55,273 nucleotides of DNA, from positions 2,762,949-2,818,221 of the forward strand of contig CAVNZM010000013.1 in the NCBI GenBank assembly GCA_963693365.1, written 5' to 3'. The stretch's first letter is position 1; each line of letters opens with the position of its first letter. The notes under the pieces were generated by a model. The model was not told the origin of the DNA, made no database searches, and saw only the letters and a program-made list of their open reading frames with translations. Both the position numbers and the translations under genes were made by a program. The DNA comes from Amoebidium appalachense. Its lineage: Eukaryota > Protista > Ichthyosporea. Of the stretch, positions 37,109 to 51,757 are shown piece after piece.

Positions 37109-38668
37109 GGGTCCTCCCTCCCGGCCTCCCCACACACCGTGCAACTTTTTCTCGCCTGGTGTGCCCAACGAGGGGTACAGGCCTCTTCCTTAACCGGCTA
37201 CAATTCGGCCATCACCAGGCTCCACCTCGACATGGGCCTCCCTGCTCCCTACCCCCACGACAAGTCTCTGGCCTGGTTCCTACGGGGGGTGGGCCGATGG
37301 CAGCTTTCTCACAACATCCGACCCCGCTCATCCACCAGGGAACCCCTCCTCCCCTCCCACCTCCGCCTACTCCATGGCCAGTGCCCCACCAAGGCCTCCT
37401 CGGCCAATCTCCGGCTATGGACGGCCCTCATCGTCGGTTTCTGTGGTCTCCTCCGTTCAGGGGAATTTACCTCCAAGACCCTGACTTCTTTCGACCCGTC
37501 CCGTCACGTTAAACGGAAGGACGTGACCTTCAGCTACACCCCCACCGGTACTTTGTCCCATGCCACCCTCCACCTGCCAACCTCTAAGACGGATGTACAG
37601 GCCCGAGGTGTCAACGTCACCCTAGCTGCCCTGCCCCTCACCCACTTCTCCCCAGCCCATCTCCTCCGGCAGTTCCTGGATACAACGTCCGGTCAACCCG
37701 ACGACCCCCTCTTCAGTCTCGGTGGCATCCCCTACACCAAGAGTGCTTTCTCTGCCGATTTCCGTGCCCTCCTCTCCCGGGCAGGCCTCTCACCCTCCCG
37801 GTTTGCCGGACACAGCCTCCGCATCGGGGGGGCCACAGCACTGGCTGAGGCCGGGGTCGACGACTCCCGGATCAAACAACTCGGCAGGTGGTCCTCCGAC
37901 TGCTTCCTGATCTATACCCGACTTCGTCCGGCCTCCATTGCTGCCACCACCACACGTGTATTCGCCTCTATTCTTAAGTGAAACCTTTGGAGCAAGCATA
38001 CTGCTCTCGTGCCGTGGTTTACAACCATTGCAGGTTCACTTTCGTCCAAGGGGATGTCCCCCTAGAGGCAACACACGTCCCGGAGTAGTTTTTCATAGAG
38101 GTTTTATTTGTGGAAATTATTGACATAAATATTTTTCTGGGTAAACACGTAGGATGGGTGTTCAATACCAACATAACCATGTAGGCTTCATTTCGTGTTT
38201 TAGCAGTTAGCGGTTGGCTGCCCGCACACGGGCACCTATTAGCCAGTCAAAACATCAGATACCACAGATCACTAGACCGAGTTATGATTGGCTCGGATCA
38301 GATTTCACATATCACTAGATCGATTTTTGATTGGTTCAGATCGGTAGGCTTAGGTATATAAGCACGACAGTTTTTAGCAGATCAGCAAGCTACAAACACA
38401 TCTTCTGTGTTTAGCATCCACAGCCTTACAGCTATATATTCCTTTTCACCCACCCACCTACACCCACACACAACCCCCATTGATCCACACATACGTGCTG
38501 TTTTTTCACGGGGCGAAGCCTTCCCCCGTTTTTTGGGCACATGGACCTCACGGATCAATAAATTGATGACTGGGGGCTTGCCGTGGTTTACAACCATTGC
38601 AGGTTCACTTTCGTCCAAGGGGATGTCCCCCTAGAGGCAACACACGTCCCGGAGTAGTTTTTCATAGA
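36712..38668 (+). mobile_element. Ngaro copy 6: internally deleted, A1-(A)43-YR C-terminus-B1-A2-spacer-B2
   Basis: Precise insertion in the A1 of copy 4 (catggtta|tgttggta), no TSD. Confidence 0.93.
37107..37981 (+). CDS. N-terminally truncated YR with intact catalytic domain
   Basis: Open frame with R-K-HxxR-W-Y residues; first ATG at 37232. Confidence 0.7.
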
Positions 38669-38763
38669 TGTTGGTATCGAACACCCATCCTACGTGTTTA
38701 CCCAGAAAAATATTTATGTCAATAATTTCCACAAATAAAACCTCCATCACACTTCCGTTTAAC

Positions 38764-40518
38764 CACGGCCCTCTGAAAAAAAGACGGCCTGGCCGCAGAA
38801 CGGGGTCAAAAGAGCAGATTGGTATTTCGATCCACTGGATTCGCTAGCAAACTACTATCAGTGCCCAGATTATGAAGGAAAACGGAAGGAAAAAAATAAC
38901 GACAAAAGTTTATGAAGTGCTTCCTATGTTCTAGGGCGTTTTTTTGTCTTAGAGTAATATGTGCAAGCCCTATAGCACAACGTTTTGGCATAGTGTACAT
39001 AATAGTGTAGCTGAGTCTCAGTATAGTTATATCTATTGAGCAGTTCACGTTTACACAAACACGGCCGTGAGCAAAGATCTACCTACAAAACTAGAACTCT
39101 TCTTTGCGTATATTCTCTCAAAGGTGTTTCTATCCACTAGGTAACATAATACTACCTGTATGTTAAGTATTAGAACGTCTATGTCCTGCAACACTAACCA
39201 CCAACCAATAAACACTGTGTAGCCCCCCCCCCCCCCCCCCCCCCCCCCCGGCAAACCCTCACACCTCTACCTACTGGCAAAAAAAGAAAAGAAAGAGGGT
39301 TAGAAAACACTGACAAAGCCGCTAGAGCTCTGCTTCCTCCAAATACGCCTCTACAATCCAATCGTACTCCGCCTCTGCTGCCTCCAGTGCAGCCACCAGC
39401 TCGTCATCGTTTCCCTCCATCTCCCACTCGACGGTAGGTGGTTCCGCCGTGGTTGTTTTGTTTTCACCTTTCTTTCCCTTCTTCCTCCCTTCGCCTCCCT
39501 TTTCCTCTGTTTTGCTTTCCTTTTTCTTCTTTGCTGGTTTTGTCGACGGCATGCTCCCTGCAACTGTGGCGGGGACGCCTGCCCCCGCGGCGGCCTCGCT
39601 CGCCGCCAAAGCGGCCGCCTGCACTGTTTTGGCTTTCCGGTTTGCTTTGTTGGGTGCTTTCTTCGCTTGTTCCTTGCGTTGACGCACATACGCGCTCAGG
39701 TGGCAGTTGGTTGCAACGGTTAACAGTCGTTCCACTAGTGCTCTCTTTTGCGTGCCGCACACCCCACACTCGTCCATAAGTGCCTTATCGGTATTGTACC
39801 TTTTGACTGCATGTTCGCTGAGTAGCACAGCCACCGTTCTATGGCTGCCCCCCGGAAGGTACGTGTTGACCAGTGGCTTTAGCAGTGCCTCCACCACACA
39901 GTAGACCAATGTGACAATGCTCACTGTTGGTGGTGAAGGGAAAGTCAGGCCCCCCCGATTGGCGGCGCGGATGAGTCGGTAGTGATCGTCTGTGGCTCTC
40001 CCGGACGTAGTGGTGGCTGTTTCGGTAGCTGTGGTTCTTGTTTCAGTGGGTGTGTTGGTGTTTTTGTTGGGTGTGGTGATTTCGAGATGTGCACGACATG
40101 TGTTGCAGCCAACACCGCGCACGTGAAGCGCGTGCACACAGAACCCTGCCCGGTAGGTTAGCACCTCTGGCTTTCTGATGTCTTCGCTGATTTTATAGAC
40201 GTGGCCCCAGATGGTGTTGTTGTAGAGTGGGAGAATGGTCTCGATGGTGATCGTTTTGCGTTTGCTGTTGAGCGCTGTGTTCATGTTGTCGAACAGCTGT
40301 GTTACACTTGTGCCCGTCTGCACTGCCAGCTTTGCCAGCTTCTGCACCCGTATCCTTTTGACGGCCTGGAGAGTCTGTTGTGTATATATAGATGGCATGT
40401 GGCTATAAAAATTTAATATGACACACTATGGCGCGGGCGCGCAAGCAGTGTATCATAGCATATCTTCGTGTGTACACAAGCATGGTTTAGGTATATCTGC
40501 ATGGGGTTGTGTATGTAT

Positions 40519-40587
<69 letters not shown>

Positions 40588-40637
40588 TACGGTGTGTGTG
40601 TGTGTGTGTGTGTGGTGTTTGGTGTATGTGTGTCTGT

Positions 40638-40673
<36 letters not shown>

Positions 40674-41067
40674 ACGTGTGTGCATTTTTGTGGTTTGAGT
40701 TCAACAGCCCCCCCCCCCCCCCAATTTCATTTTTCGTTCAGTTTTCTTTGCACCCTTTCTTTTCACCACACTCCTTTTATCCTGATACCCCCCCCTCCCC
40801 CCTCCCCTCCTCCTCCAACCCCTTCTTCCGTCCCTGCCTCTCTCGCTATCCCCCCCCCCCCCCCCTTTTTTTTTTCTCCTGATTATTTTATTCCCCGGGG
40901 CCACCATGTCATGACACCACTATCCCATTATTAAGGTGAATCACCAAATCATCCTATATCTGTTCTGTCTCTGTTCTTTGTAATGCTGTATGAATCGTGT
41001 GTGTGTGATGTATCTCTTGTGTTTCATTGATGCAGGCAGTGGGTGGGTGGCTGAGTAGGGTAGGGGT

Positions 41068-41120
<53 letters not shown>

Positions 41121-41416
41121 GGGGGAATCCAGGAGGGGAGGTACCCACCTGTGCTGTCCCAACGTTGTAGTTCCCACCGCTGTACTGTCGGATTGTGCCA
41201 AAAGCACCCTCAAGGGGGTCGGTTTGAAACTTTCTGGTGAGCACAAAGTTGAGCTTCTCGTCGCTCACGCCGCTGTCCAGGAGATAGCGGATGAGACTGG
41301 CCTGCAAATTAAAAGTCAGCAAAATCTGTGTGGCACCACATTTGACTACGCTTGGCATGTGAAAAACCATATGGAAAAGCCCCCCCCCCCCCCCCTCCCC
41401 ACCCACCCATCCCGAC

Positions 41417-41481
<65 letters not shown>

Positions 41482-41578
41482 ACACGCACACAAACACACT
41501 GATGCGCGCGCACACACACACGTGTCACACACACACACACACACACACAGTGTCACACACAGACACACACAAACACCG

Positions 41579-41610
<32 letters not shown>

Positions 41611-44233
41611 TTCATGCCGGTCGACTCCTCATGTGACCTTGTGTGTTGGGGGGGTGAGGGGGTGAGGAGGCGAGGGCATGAGGACATTGGAGGGGATTTT
41701 GAGGGGGGGGGGGGGGTACTATTGTCTTGCTCGTAAACGCCAGCGACCACTGTGTTTCCTCCGTAAAAACCCCCCTCGCCAGTAGGCATGCTCACCACCC
41801 ACTCAGCGAATTTCTCCAGCCAAATCAGCCGCTGGTCACTGCTGCTGGTGAATGCAGCACACCATGGGTCCAATTTGCGCGCCGCATATGTGGTGGTACC
41901 GATGTTCATAAGCTTTCACCACCGTGCGATTTGTTTTAGGAAGTTTGCGGTGAACTTATTAACAGGGGTTCATCCACCACGTGGTTGTCGAGCGCAGCAA
42001 TGGTGGACTCGTGGAACACAGCCAAAGCTGGCCCCACCTTCTGCTTGTCGAAGTTGTTGGGCCAGAGAACGGTGGGTGTGAGTTTGAAGGCCTCCTTGAG
42101 TGCCTGCCCGCGTTCAGACTCGTAGATAGTCTGCAGATGCCGAAAACATGCCGTCCCCCCTCGAATGAGAGATCGATTTTTTGACCGTCGATCTCCCACA
42201 CAAAAGTGAACCCACTGTAATTGATGGACTGCTCTGTGTCCTTCTGATTCACCCAGTTGTTGCGAATGCACTTGAGTATGTGCACAGGGTCTGATATAAT
42301 ATACAGCCTCTTTCCGGGGTCTGTAGGGTGGTCCACATACGGTGGTGTGTTCTTGTAACCACTCACGTTTGCCAGCTTGCGAAACAATGCCCGGTTTATG
42401 GCATTGTTGTCAGCAATGACAGCAACCGTATGGAGCCCAGCATAGGCTAGTGCCTCCAGCGCGTTCACCAGCTCGTCACCCAAAAACTCAGCGGTCTGGT
42501 TGCGCACAGGTATCATGGACACAAAATCCTTGCCCATTTTGGATATAATCGAGTCAAAGAAAAATGCCTGCACTTGGCTTGCAGACTGCCCATCGGGCTG
42601 ATTGAGTGCTACCCCAGTAATTTGCCCACCACGGAAATCGAGGAGATCTGTTACGTGGATCTCATCCAGTAACAGAACCCCCATTTTCTCTCTTTTACTC
42701 ATAGCATGTGCCATTAGTGCAAGGTATTCCTCGTTCACACCACTAGCGTCGAGGAGGTCCGTAGATTTAAGCCCCTCGTGCTTGCTCCGCACATTGCGCT
42801 CGTGGGGCAGGACCAAATACCCGAGCTCCCTCAGTCTCTCATAACCGGCGGGAGAGCTGGCGTGCAAGGCGATGGCTGTGTGCATGGTCCTATCACCATA
42901 CCTGTACAGGTTTGGCGGGCTAGACACAAGTTGTGCCTGCTCGGCCTGAAAGAAGCACTGCTTGGCCCGATCCTCGTCTCCATCCTCCTTGAAATGGTTT
43001 CCTGCAGCAATCAACAACGACTGGGCAGACGCAAGTGCCTCCATAGCATAGTCGTGTTGTGACAGCCCGGTTGCCCTATAATAATGCTGACCCCTACAGT
43101 CTTCCTCTCGAGGCACCGGCAAAGGATCAGCATTATCTTGGTCAAACACCAACAAGGGAGGAGAGAGGGAAGGGTGTGTGGACAAAGGCTCGATGCACCG
43201 AGTAAGATCGTTCCATGTGTCGAGTGTGCCCGTCGCCTGACAATGCTCTGTCGCCACCCACGTTATGTTGCCTACTGCTAGAGTCAGGTAATTGGAAGGA
43301 AGCACGGTTGGGGTGTGGGAGTAAACTGCTGAACAAAAAGTCGAGTCACTATTGATCATTACTGACGCTCGCATGGTAACGCTGAATGATGGTTTGCATA
43401 GAAGCATGCCTGGAAGCCAGAAAACCACCGATTTCCCCTCGCCTATTTCCGTTCCGACGCTTTGAACCCTCCAGCCGGCGTGCCGCTCCGCTATTTCCAG
43501 GGCACGGACAACAAGCTGGCCGAACACGAAAATCTCCTTCTGGCGCTTCCTCGCTACTGCCTCTTCCTCTTGCCTTGCCCGAACCTTCTCCATCTTTGCG
43601 GCTCTCTCTTCCGGGTCCGTACGAGGAGGCGCGGAAGGGGCGCTCAGGTAACTGGGGCAGTTGGGAAAAATGCTCGGGACGGCGCCTGGCCTAGGCCACG
43701 TTTTGCCACCTTTTTTAACGATGTCATGGGCGGGAAAGTGACGGCAGCAGACCCGCGCAACACCATGCGGGTCGAAGTTCTCAGGCCACTGCCTCGGCAC
43801 AGCACGTAGCCACGCACTGAGAAGGTTCAGTGTTTCTTCGCGTAGCGTCTCGCTTTTAATGCGCCCGTCGTTTGGGTTGGGGAATTTGTAAACGAAAACC
43901 TTGTTTTGGTCGTCGTAGTTGCCTCTGCAGCCTGGAACAATGCATATGTTACCGATTTTGTTGCTACGCAGACCGTTACTCCTCTTCTTACCCATTCCAG
44001 GCTCGGGAGGAGCAGCTCCCTTCATAAGGCCAGTCCCGCCGTCAGCCATGTTACCGATGTCTCCGTCTTTGAACCAAAAAATGCGAGACGTAAACGAAAA
44101 ACAACAACATACATGTTCTGTGCCGACATCTCGTTTTAGGGCCGGAATCCAGTGGATCGAAATACCACGAGCACAATGGAATGCGATTTTATGACGTAGT
44201 GTATCCAGGCCGTCTTTTTTTCAGAGGGCCGTG
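38764..44233 (-). mobile_element. P-element superfamily DNA transposon (5470 bp)
   Basis: Perfect 29-bp TIRs CACGGCCCTCTGAAAAAAAGACGGCCTGG; 7-bp TSD GTTTAAC at 38757-63 and 44234-40. Confidence 0.95.
39322..44049 (-). pseudogene. THAP-domain P-element/THAP9-like transposase, spliced, about 2 frameshifts
   Basis: THAP CIVPGC..W..VCCRHF..AVPSIF; LLDEIH, IADNNAIN, DPVHILKCIRNNW, KQKV, QTDPLE; exons 44049-~41750, 41325-41149, 40374-39322. Confidence 0.9.
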
Positions 44234-45016
44234 GTTTAACACCGTTGGGCTTCCAGTAGTCCAGGAGGTTGGTACGGTTGACATTGTCGAGAATGGGTCC
44301 GTGACTCAAATTGCCCCACGTACCGTCCGTATTTGGTCCGCCGTAATCAAACAACCAACCATCTTCCGACATGGCGGTTCTCACGATTTTGGAGGAAAGC
44401 TGCAAAGCATCTGAGCTAGGCTCAGAGATCAAAGGGTCGGCATCATCAACGATCTGAGGCAACATGTCACGGTCTTGGCCTACGACAGCTTGATACACTT
44501 GGCTGTGTAGCTCAGCGCTAGGCATGCGCTCGTTGGTGATCTTCTCACAAAGCCTCTCGTAGAGGTCAAAGCCAACAACGTCGTGCCGCTCCATTGCAGC
44601 CGCTTCGACAACGGAGCCGGTACCACAACAAAGTGAAAGTACCGCATTCTTAGGCGGGCAGTGACGGCGAATAAGTGCCCGCTCGACATTCACGGGTTTC
44701 TGTGGTTGATAAGGACCAAAGGGGCGTAAGTATCCACAACACATCTCTAGTGCCAAAAAGAAACAAAACCATCTAGTTCAAAAGTCATAAGCAATAGCAG
44801 AAGGAGGTAAATAATAGAGCAAAGGACAGAAGATCATTGATACTCTTTGTCAAATCTGGTGACACCAAATTTTTAATCAGAATCTAGTATTCACTAGATA
44901 TTTGGATGCATTGTGGCCGCAATCTCAAGATCTACCACTGACTAGATAATTAAAGGGTCTAGTAGAAAGTAATATGAAAAATCAGCATCATAATTTACAA
45001 ATAGATATTTCCAAAA

Positions 45017-45501
45017 CACACACACACACACACACGGGCACACAAACACCAATGGCACACCCACGTATTGACACACACACACACACCGTAAAGACAGGTC
45101 ATATAACGTACACACAGTCACTGAAACCTATGATACATACACACCCTAGACTAACTAGTAGTACACATAGTTACGTACACTGCGACAATGCCATGTTACA
45201 GTAAGTGACGGGGGGAGGGGGGGGGGGGTGGGGGGAGGCAGAGATTACTTCAACCCCCCCCCCCTCATCATGGTTATTTTCGTTAAACTTTTCCTGAAAA
45301 GGCAACGTGATTTTCTTTTTCTTTTCAGTGGTGATAGGGCACACAGGCACACGTCAGGCACACATCACAAATACGGGCACAAAGACGAGGACACTCAGTG
45401 TACGTATGTGTACTAATAGTACTAGGGTGTGTATGTATCATAGCTTTCAGTGACTGTGTGTACGTTATATGACCTTGTCTTTACGGTGTGTGTCTGTGTG
45501 C

Positions 45502-45589
<88 letters not shown>

Positions 45590-45996
45590 AATACATGGGT
45601 GTGCCATGTGTTTGTGTGCCCTTGTGTGTGCCCTTGTGTGTGCCCGTATTTGTGCCCGCGGCCCCGTCTTTGTGCCCGTATTTGTCATGTGTGCCTGTGT
45701 GCCTGCGTGCCCACTGAAAAGAAAAAGATAATCACGTTGGCATTTTAGAAAAAAATTACGAAAATAAACATGATGCTACACGTGCGCGTACTGGAGTCCA
45801 GGACACACAAGGGGGGGGGGGGGGGGGGGGGGTTCGAACTAACTTCTGCCTCCTCCCCCCCCCCCCCCCCCCCCCCCCATCACGTACTGTAATATGACGT
45901 TGTCGCAGTGTACGTATGTGTACTACTAGTACTAGAGTGTGTATGTATCATAGCTTTCAGTGACTGTGTGTACCTTGTATGACCTTGACCTTAACG

Positions 45997-46000
<4 letters not shown>
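45017..46000. repeat. Intronic repeat unit in one forward and two reverse copies
   Basis: 45020-45395 is reverse-complementary to parts of 45396-45775 and 45840-46000. Confidence 0.75.
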
Positions 46001-46054
<54 letters not shown>

Positions 46055-46120
46055 CACTGTGTCCTAGGTGCCTACAAGGGTAGATGTCTGTGACACAGTG
46101 TGAGTGTGAGTGTGAGTGTG

Positions 46121-46204
<84 letters not shown>

Positions 46205-47738
46205 CACTGTGTCCTAGGTGCCTACGAGGGTAATGTGTGTGACACAGTGTGTGCGTGTGTGTGTGTGAACGTGGTGTCACCATAGTGTATATTTGTGACA
46301 CTGTCTATTTGGGTATGTTTGTGTGACTCTGGGGGACTCCGGGGGAGGGGGGGGGGGGGGGGGGGGGGGTTCCAAATTGTCAGTTTAAGGGATTTAGTAC
46401 CTGTTGAGGGCAAATAATTGCCTTATCGCCATCACGCATGTACTCGAACCCTGCCCTCTGCAGGGAGTTGACGTTCGGGCAGAGTGGCTGCCACAAACAA
46501 TCAGATTTGTCCTCCTCCGCCTCGGCATAATAGAAGCCGTCGGGCCGGTCATGCTTGTGGTCGGTGATGTACGCAACCACGTAGTAGTAACCTGGCGCAG
46601 CAGGCCTCTTCAGGTGATTGTTGCTGCTCCCCTTGCTGGGTTGGCCGCAGTAGAAGGTGTCGTGGGCGTGTTTTAACTCATCGAGTAATGTGATGAATTG
46701 CATGAGGTCCGTTTTGACGCCCTGGAACGAGGCAACCAGAACAAACTCGTGGCAGTTGAGCAACACGTTCCATTTTTTCACGCTGCGTGAGAAACAGATG
46801 TGTATTACTAAGTGGATATATTCTGTAACAGTTGTCTAAAACGGGTGTGCAAGTGCGGCGGGAGGGGGGGGGAAAGGGGAGAGGTGGAGGGGGGGGGGGG
46901 GGAGGGAGAGAGAGGGAGGGGGGGATGGGGACATTTGGTGCATGTGACGGTAATGGGTGTGCCACGTTTTGAGGCCTCGGGGGGGGGGGGGGGGGGGGGG
47001 GGGGGGTAATTTCGTAACGGTACTGAGATATCCGAGGATGGGCCACCCCGATAGCGCATCATAGCATCAAAGTTAAAGTGCAGTCCTACCACTACACCAC
47101 ACAACACCTGATTATCATTGGAACTGTGTGAAGTGTTAAACAAGGGGGGGGGGGGGGGGGGGGGGCGGACAGTAGAACTTCGTCTTGGAAGAGGGGGTGG
47201 GGGGAGGGGGGGACCGGGGGGGGTGGGGGGAGGGGGTAGATACTATGATAAAGATCGAAAATGGTCTGAGGACAAAGGGTTAGAGCGGGGGGAGGGGGTT
47301 ACGGGGTACATGATAACTTCGGAATAGATAAAAACAAAATGGCTTTGGGATTTTTTCTTTTCCTTGCGCCCGGGGGGGGGGGGGGGGGGGGATGGTAGAT
47401 TCTCTAGAACTTATAATGCTTTGGTCTGCAACCTACCTTTTCAGAATTGTCCTGTAGTTGGCTGGTGTGAAGGAAACATTAGACCCGTCGGCTCTTCTTC
47501 CGGTTGACCCGTCTTCGAAGCTTGATGGGGCGTCGATGCGCACGTAGGGAAAACCACCCTGTGAAGGTTGGAGACCAGCAGGTAAGCCTATATAACACAC
47601 TGCACTGCAGAGCATTATGATTTCGGATTACATGTACGCGAGCAGGGTGAAGGAGGGGGGAAAGGGGGGAGGGGGAGTGGGGGAGTGGGGGGGGGGGAGT
47701 GGGGGGGCTATTAGATAAGATAATGATATGTTGGCTTG

Positions 47739-49219
47739 GGTTTTATTTGTGGAATTTATTACATAAATATTTTTCTGGGTAAACACGTAGGATGGGTGTC
47801 CGATATCAACACAACCATGTAGGCTTCGTTTCGTGTTTTAGCAGTTCGCGTTTGGCTGCCCGCATACGGGCACCTATTAGCCGATCAAAACGTCAGATTC
47901 CACAGATCACTAGACCAAGTTTGATTGGCTCAGGATCAGATTTCACATAACACTAGATCGATTTTGATTGGCTCAAATCGGTAGCCTTAGGTATATAAGC
48001 ATGACAGTTTTTAGCAGTTCAGCAAGCAACAGACACATCTTCTGTGTTTAGCACCTACAGCTTTACAGCTATAAGTATTTGGGATGTAAGCAGAGACACA
48101 GTGGTGCAGTGTGAAAACACCACAGACACACAACAACAAAACACGGAACGATCGGAGCAGTGTACACAACAGACATCAATGTTTAGACACGACTGCACTC
48201 AATTTATTTTGATCTTCGAATATATACCTGAAATTCCTCTAAGTCTAATCCATACATGATTTCCGACCAGTCGGAAATCAGATCCATCTCTAATAAAAAC
48301 CAATCACTAAGAACCAATTGCTTTCAGAGAGATCTGGTACGTGGAGACGTACACGATAGGACACAGACACTAGTTAAGATCAACTCGTGTCATCATCAAG
48401 GAAGTTCTAACCTATGACACACTGCAAAGACTCAGACATATCACACTTAACCTTGATGATTGGTTAAAGCCCGGCAACACATGAAAACTAAAGTAAATTA
48501 ATGAAGTCTAATCACACATGTTATTCTAAGTGTAGCCTAAGTGTGTTACCGTCCAATCAATACATATTAAGTAACACAAATCTACCTAACATATATTAGT
48601 AGAAAAGAAATACGATTATACACATGAAGACAAGGAGAGAAAGAAAAGAAAACAAGGGAGGAGAAAGAGAAAGGAAAAGAGAGCACAGATCAACAAACAA
48701 GATAGTAATAGTACAACTATAACCAGAGATATTTATGTACACACGAACATGTACACGTCTCTCCCTGAGTGGGTGGATCCGTGTACACACATATAAATAA
48801 TCTAATTGATATTACAATACACGATTAAAGCCGATACAACACGATTACAAGTATACAAGTATATCGGAGATCGATGCTACACTTTACGTAATAGGAGTGT
48901 GGCATTTACACTAAGCATATGAACTGAAACATAACACAAACTGAGAAGATCTTACCATATGTAAATACTACGTATTACAACACTATATTTTCTTTTCACC
49001 CACCCACCTACACCCAACACTCAACCCCCATTGATCCACACATACGTGCTGTTTTTTCACGGGGCGAAGACTTCCCCCGTTTTTTGGGCACACGGACCTC
49101 ACGGATCAATAAATTGATGACTGGGGGCTTGCAGTGGTTTACAACCATTGCAGGTTCACTTTCGTCCAAGGGGATGTCCCCCTAGAGGCAACACAAGTCC
49201 CGGAGTAGTTTTTCATAGA
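47739..49219 (+). mobile_element. Ngaro solo A-spacer-B (copy 7, variant A) containing a copia solo LTR
   Basis: A start ggttttatttgtgg, B end ttttcataga. Confidence 0.9.
48074..48982 (-). repeat. Copia solo LTR, same family as 4247-5170
   Basis: Reverse-complement match; TSD CTATA at 48069-73 and 48983-87; last ~14 bp lost at a tata microhomology. Confidence 0.9.
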
Positions 49220-49379
49220 TACACGGAACGTGAAAAAGACAACCGGCAGGAGAGGGCAGGGTTGGTTTTGGGAGGGGGGATAGGGGGGATAGGGAGATGT
49301 GTGGGTGTTTTTTTATTTTATTTTATTTTTATTTTGTTTTAAATTTTTTTTTGGGGGGGGGGGGGGGGGGGGGGGGCTC

Positions 49380-49990
<611 letters not shown>

Positions 49991-50654
49991 CGGAGAGACA
50001 GATTTAAGTAGAGAGGCTCGGAGATCTCGTGCAAGACAGTATGTATGATTTGGGAGGAGAGTAGAACCAGGGGGGGGGGGGGGGATGCTATGTAGGAGGG
50101 AGTGATGCTATGTAGGAAGTCTAGTGTTGCTAGCAGTAGAAACGGGGGGGGGGGGGGGGGGGGGGGGCTTCTATGTAGTAAGTCCATTATTGCTATGTAG
50201 TAAGTGCAGTGTACAAGCACAGTGGAAAATGCAAATACATACCCGAGGATGGGCGATCCTTTTTATGAGGGTTGCCATGTCTGAGTTTGCAGGCAGCTCT
50301 TTGCCTTTCTGGAGGTTCTCCTTGACAAATTTTGACGTCAGTGTGGTGTCGTCAAGTACATCACCTTGAAGCACGGCATAGGTTGTCCACGGGGCAGGGG
50401 CAATGCCTGTTGTAGAAGGATCAAGAACAGGTGTGAACCGGTTGCCGCTGCAATACGCTGATGCCCCGTGCCTGTCCCAGGATTGCACCCTGAGTGGTTC
50501 ACGAGCGAATTGACGGCCGCCATGCCAATCGGGTCCTTCTTGAAGAAGGGGACCGCCATGTCAATCACTTGGGTTTCGGATGGGAGAGCTGAGCCGATGA
50601 ACTTCCGCACCTAGGTCGCAATGATAAGATTAGAAAAAAAACAGTGTGTGTGTG

Positions 50655-51230
50655 TGTCATCTTCCCATGATTAACGGCAAGACTTAAAAGTTGGGTTTTA
50701 CACATGTTTATTAGTTTGTTGCTGTTCGTTTCCTTTTCCTTCTTTTCCCACGACATAGCATTGTTCTATGTTCCCCAACTATTAGGAATACTTATATTTA
50801 GACGTGTTATGTTAAGAACATGTATAAATATATGATGTGAACTAATAGATACATAAGTGGTTTCATTTTGTTAAATCTTTCCGTACTTTTATTAGAAGAT
50901 TACTTTCATGAGAGGATTGTGTTTTATCTTCTATGTATCGACAGGCATTTCGATCGATTTATTTTACCCTCATAGTTTTCGTCTTTCTGATTGGATAAAA
51001 GAGTTTTCGTTCTTTTGATTGGCTTATCGATTTCACATTCCCGAGTATAAAAGGAATGTCATCTTGAAATAAATGTCAAGCAGTTGAAATCATTTCCTAT
51101 GGCCCCAGAAATCGTTCCACCTCTCCGGTTGTGTTTCTCCCGTGTGTCTCTGTGTTGTGTATATCATAACACCCATCTGTTCTCTCTGCTTCTCCGTTTA
51201 CCCACACAAAACAACAGGTTATGGGCCCAG
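50655..51230 (+). repeat. Older LTR of the second copia family plus PBS
   Basis: Diverged homolog of 53255-53962; TG...AACA (51216) followed by ggttatgggcccag. Confidence 0.8.
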
Positions 51231-51239
51231 CACGCTTCC

Positions 51240-51364
<125 letters not shown>

Positions 51365-51757
51365 GGTGTTGGTGTTGGTGTTGGTGTTGGTGTTGGTGTT
51401 GGTGTTATTGTTGGTGCTGATGAAAACCCCAAACTGCAATTATTAATAGTCCCAGGACTCATACATTGTTGATGGGCACTCTGAGTACTTTAATATGCCA
51501 CAAGAAACGGAATATTGCGTCAAACCGTCGTTTAAAATATAGGGTGTAACTCGTGGTGGCTACCGTCACAATGACTTCTATGGCTACACTACATCAAACA
51601 TTATACCCTGGTCGTCTAATCTCGTAAACTAAGCAATGTTGGCTACCTAGACGTGCTCGCCCGGAAGCAAGCAGAGTGTCACCAAGACGTTGCTTGGTGG
51701 CTGGGGGGGGGGGGGGGGGCTTACGTCTTCCCACGATGGCTTTCCATCTTCGGGTAT

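Larger units (their letters stand above)
22165..38742 (-). mobile_element. Ngaro copy 4, complete but interrupted by two insertions
   Basis: B2 22165-22251, A2 22384-22732, B1 22733-22820, YR, pol split at 25184/34361, gag, A1 split at 36711/38669. Confidence 0.93.

Noticed and set aside
44136-44756. Stand-alone 206-aa methyltransferase ORF
   Set aside because: Its N-terminus is intron and its C-terminus is P-element sequence; it is one exon of a larger gene
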